NCBI GenBank assembly: GCA_900556625.1
Contig: USPQ01000007.1
Coordinates: 1,814-65,813 of the forward strand
Direction of reading: 5' to 3'
DNA from: an uncultured Bacteroides sp.
Lineage (GTDB): Bacteria; Bacteroidota; Bacteroidia; Bacteroidales; Bacteroidaceae
Length of the DNA: 64,000 nucleotides
Below the pieces are notes generated by a model. It saw only the letters and a program-made list of their open reading frames with translations. It was not told where the DNA came from and did no database searches. Below, piece by piece: positions 61,761-64,000 of this stretch. The position numbers and the translations under genes are program-made. The first letter of the stretch is position 1; every line of letters begins with the position of its first letter.

Positions 61761-61778
61761 ACTTTAACCCGATAATCA

Positions 61779-62432
61779 ATGAGTAGAATATTATTAAATA
61801 CAAAGATTTGGCTATTAATGCTATTGTTGAGTGTCGTTTCTTCTGTTTATGCACAAGATGATGATTTCACAACATGGACAAAATTTAAAATAAGTCATAA
61901 AATTGATTCCCGGTTTTCTGTCTCCGGTGATGTGGAGCTGCGTACAAAGGATGATATGAACAAGTGGGATCGTTGGGGACTTACTGTCGGAGGCGACTAT
62001 CGGGCATATTCCTTTTTGAAATTGGGAGTTGCTTATGAAACTCATCTTCGTGATTTAGGGAATTCGGGCTGGAAATTCAGGCATCGCTATCATTTAAGTG
62101 CTACGGCAAGTTTTCGCTATCAGTGGTTGAAAGTTTCTTTACGGGAAAGATTTCAACAAACTTTCGATAGTGGTGATGCAGAAACTCGTTTACGCTCTCG
62201 TTTGAAGTTATCTTATGCACCTACAAAAGGAATTGTTTCCCCTTACTTTTCTGTTGAACTTTACCAAAGTTTGGATGATGCACCTTTTTGGAGAGCGGCT
62301 CGCATGCGTTATCGTCCGGGAGTAGAACTAAATTTGGCTAAACGCTGGTCGTTGGATGCTTTTTATTGTTATCAGTATGAACCTTCAAAAGGGAAACATA
62401 TTACCGGAATAGAAGTTGGTTATTCTTTCTAA
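61779..62432 (+). CDS. DUF2490-family outer-membrane beta-barrel protein
   Basis: Signal peptide, LRERFQ, RLRSRL, alternating strands, terminal YSF. Confidence 0.75.
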   Translation: MSRILLNTKIWLLMLLLSVVSSVYAQDDDFTTWTKFKISHKIDSRFSVSGDVELRTKDDMNKWDRWGLTVGGDYRAYSFLKLGVAYETHLRDLGNSGWKFRHRYHLSATASFRYQWLKVSLRERFQQTFDSGDAETRLRSRLKLSYAPTKGIVSPYFSVELYQSLDDAPFWRAARMRYRPGVELNLAKRWSLDAFYCYQYEPSKGKHITGIEVGYSF

Positions 62433-62764
62433 AAATTGTTAGCTCTACTATTATCGTAAACTAGTGAGTTTCTAATATAATAATGTGGGAATGAATTTCT
62501 ATGATTTTAATGGCTGATTTATAACAGCTTGATTATTGGTGTATTATATGTAAATGTAAAAAAATACTAGTAAAACAATACTTCACGTCCTTTTTATTAT
62601 ATACATTTGCCGCCAATACATCAAAATGGTGTGTTGAAATTGATGATTCCTCAGTGCAACAGACGTGTTGTTCGGTATCCCATAACTGAAAGCGAATACT
62701 TCCTCTTATGCTATTCTTCTGTCCAATCAAAGATTTCTATTTGGAAATAAATAAAGATATTAAG

Positions 62765-64000
62765 ATGAAAGTATTTTATAACCTGCAGAGATGTGTAGGT
62801 TTTCTCGTTCTTTTCTCTATTTTGCTTGCAGCTTGTGTAAATCACATTTCGGAGGAGGAAGAAGCAGGTGTGGTAGTTAATGATGGAAATATTCCATTGA
62901 AAATTATAGCTGATATTCATGAAGTTGCCAGTACGCGTGTGGCAAATAACACCTTTGAGAAAGGAGATGAAGTGGGACTGTTCGCATTAGCCGGTTCTAC
63001 TACCATACAGGAAGAACGTTATGCGGACAATCTTCATTTTGTTCGTTCGGCCGATGGAGAGTTTATAGCTGATGAATCGGTGTATTATCCGGATGATGGT
63101 GTGACATTGAATTTCATCAGTTATTATCCATATCGGGAAGAAGGAGTAGCTATGGGAGAAAGCAAGATGCCGGTATCTATTGAAACAGAGCAAAATATTC
63201 CGGTGAACTATTCTCATTCTGATTTTCTGGTTGCTACTAAAGAAGATGTACTGGCGAGTCAAGAAGCTGTATCCTTGACTTACAATCATAAATTTTTCCG
63301 CTTAAAGATAGCTTTAGTACCTGGAGAGGGAGAAGACGTGGAAAGTATGTTGACGGTCAATCCTAAACTTTCTGTTTCCGGCTTTTACACAAAAAGCATT
63401 TATGACTTTCAGAAGAAATCTTATTCCTCCTTTACAGATGAGAAAGATATCATTCCTACCGGTGAGTGGGAGATAGTCGATGAAAGGCTAGTAGGTAAAG
63501 ACCTGATTTTGATACCTCAGGAAGCGACAGTAGGATACCAATATATAACATTGGAGGCTAACGGAAAACCTTACACTTGCTTGTTGCCCTCTACTTTGAA
63601 ACTTCAGGAAGGCAAACAAAGAGAACTGGAAATAACTTTTGTAGCAGCAGAAGATATCCTCATGAGCAAGCTCAATGGAGAAATCAATGATTGGGAGGGA
63701 ACTGAAGTAGACCATGCAGGATCGGAAACTCTTCACAAATATATAGACGTGTCAAAATTGACTTTCGGGAATTCAAATGTTTGTAAAGTATTGAATAAAG
63801 GAAAACAAGTAGCTGAGATTTGTAAGGAGTACCTGCTGACTCCGGATTTTTCTTCGCAAGCAATCGTGATCTATCCGATGAAACAAGATGGAAAGGCTGA
63901 TTTATCTCAAGGACTTGTAGCGCAACTGTTGGGAAAGACCGGCAAAGTGCATGGTGGAAGTGTCGTATGGGATATGGAAAAAAAATCCTTGAAATATATA
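62765..64000 (+). CDS. Fimbrillin (type V pilin, Mfa-like) lipoprotein with C-terminal extension; 3'-truncated by window edge
   Basis: Read directly, absent from ORF track: LLAAC lipobox, ASTR processing site, FEKGDEVGLF, YYPY, SDFLVA, INDW; open to 64000; TACATTTG at 62602-62609. Confidence 0.85.
   Translation, partial: MKVFYNLQRCVGFLVLFSILLAACVNHISEEEEAGVVVNDGNIPLKIIADIHEVASTRVANNTFEKGDEVGLFALAGSTTIQEERYADNLHFVRSADGEFIADESVYYPDDGVTLNFISYYPYREEGVAMGESKMPVSIETEQNIPVNYSHSDFLVATKEDVLASQEAVSLTYNHKFFRLKIALVPGEGEDVESMLTVNPKLSVSGFYTKSIYDFQKKSYSSFTDEKDIIPTGEWEIVDERLVGKDLILIPQEATVGYQYITLEANGKPYTCLLPSTLKLQEGKQRELEITFVAAEDILMSKLNGEINDWEGTEVDHAGSETLHKYIDVSKLTFGNSNVCKVLNKGKQVAEICKEYLLTPDFSSQAIVIYPMKQDGKADLSQGLVAQLLGKTGKVHGGSVVWDMEKKSLKYI

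Noticed and set aside
62433..62764. Invertible promoter upstream of fimbrillin
   Set aside because: No convincing flanking inverted repeats or adjacent recombinase found

Overview
Bacteroides-type chromosomal window (TAnnTTTG -7 promoter elements, SusC/SusD, lipoproteins); species not determinable from sequence alone. 1-22 kb: a polysaccharide utilization locus (PUL) with two esterase-like proteins, a GH127/GH146-type enzyme, a heparinase II/III-like lyase, SusC/SusD, an Ig-repeat surface protein, an alginate-lyase-fold lipoprotein, GH43 and GH88. Its regulation is unusual: a kinase-less propeller sensor-AraC protein plus an ECF sigma factor with no adjacent anti-sigma. 22-59 kb: mostly core genes (HlyC/CorC, M48 peptidase, TonB-dependent receptor, mnmA, NhaC, pbpC with alpha-2-macroglobulin, NifU-like plus GGGtGRT pair, smpB, metH, MltF-like, udk, DsbD), an AT-rich membrane-AraC plus LytTR islet, an apparently inactive S41 peptidase and a multiply deleted sodium:solute symporter pseudogene. 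59-64 kb: accessory DNA with an AbiE-like type IV toxin-antitoxin pair, a probable mobile-element remnant, DUF2490 and a partial fimbrillin gene. Best candidate for an undescribed system: two membrane-sensor-AraC to secondary-regulator cascades sharing a GTCTCA-N9/10-TGAGAC palindrome. No rRNA, tRNA or CRISPR array was seen. Family calls come from motif recognition, not database searches.
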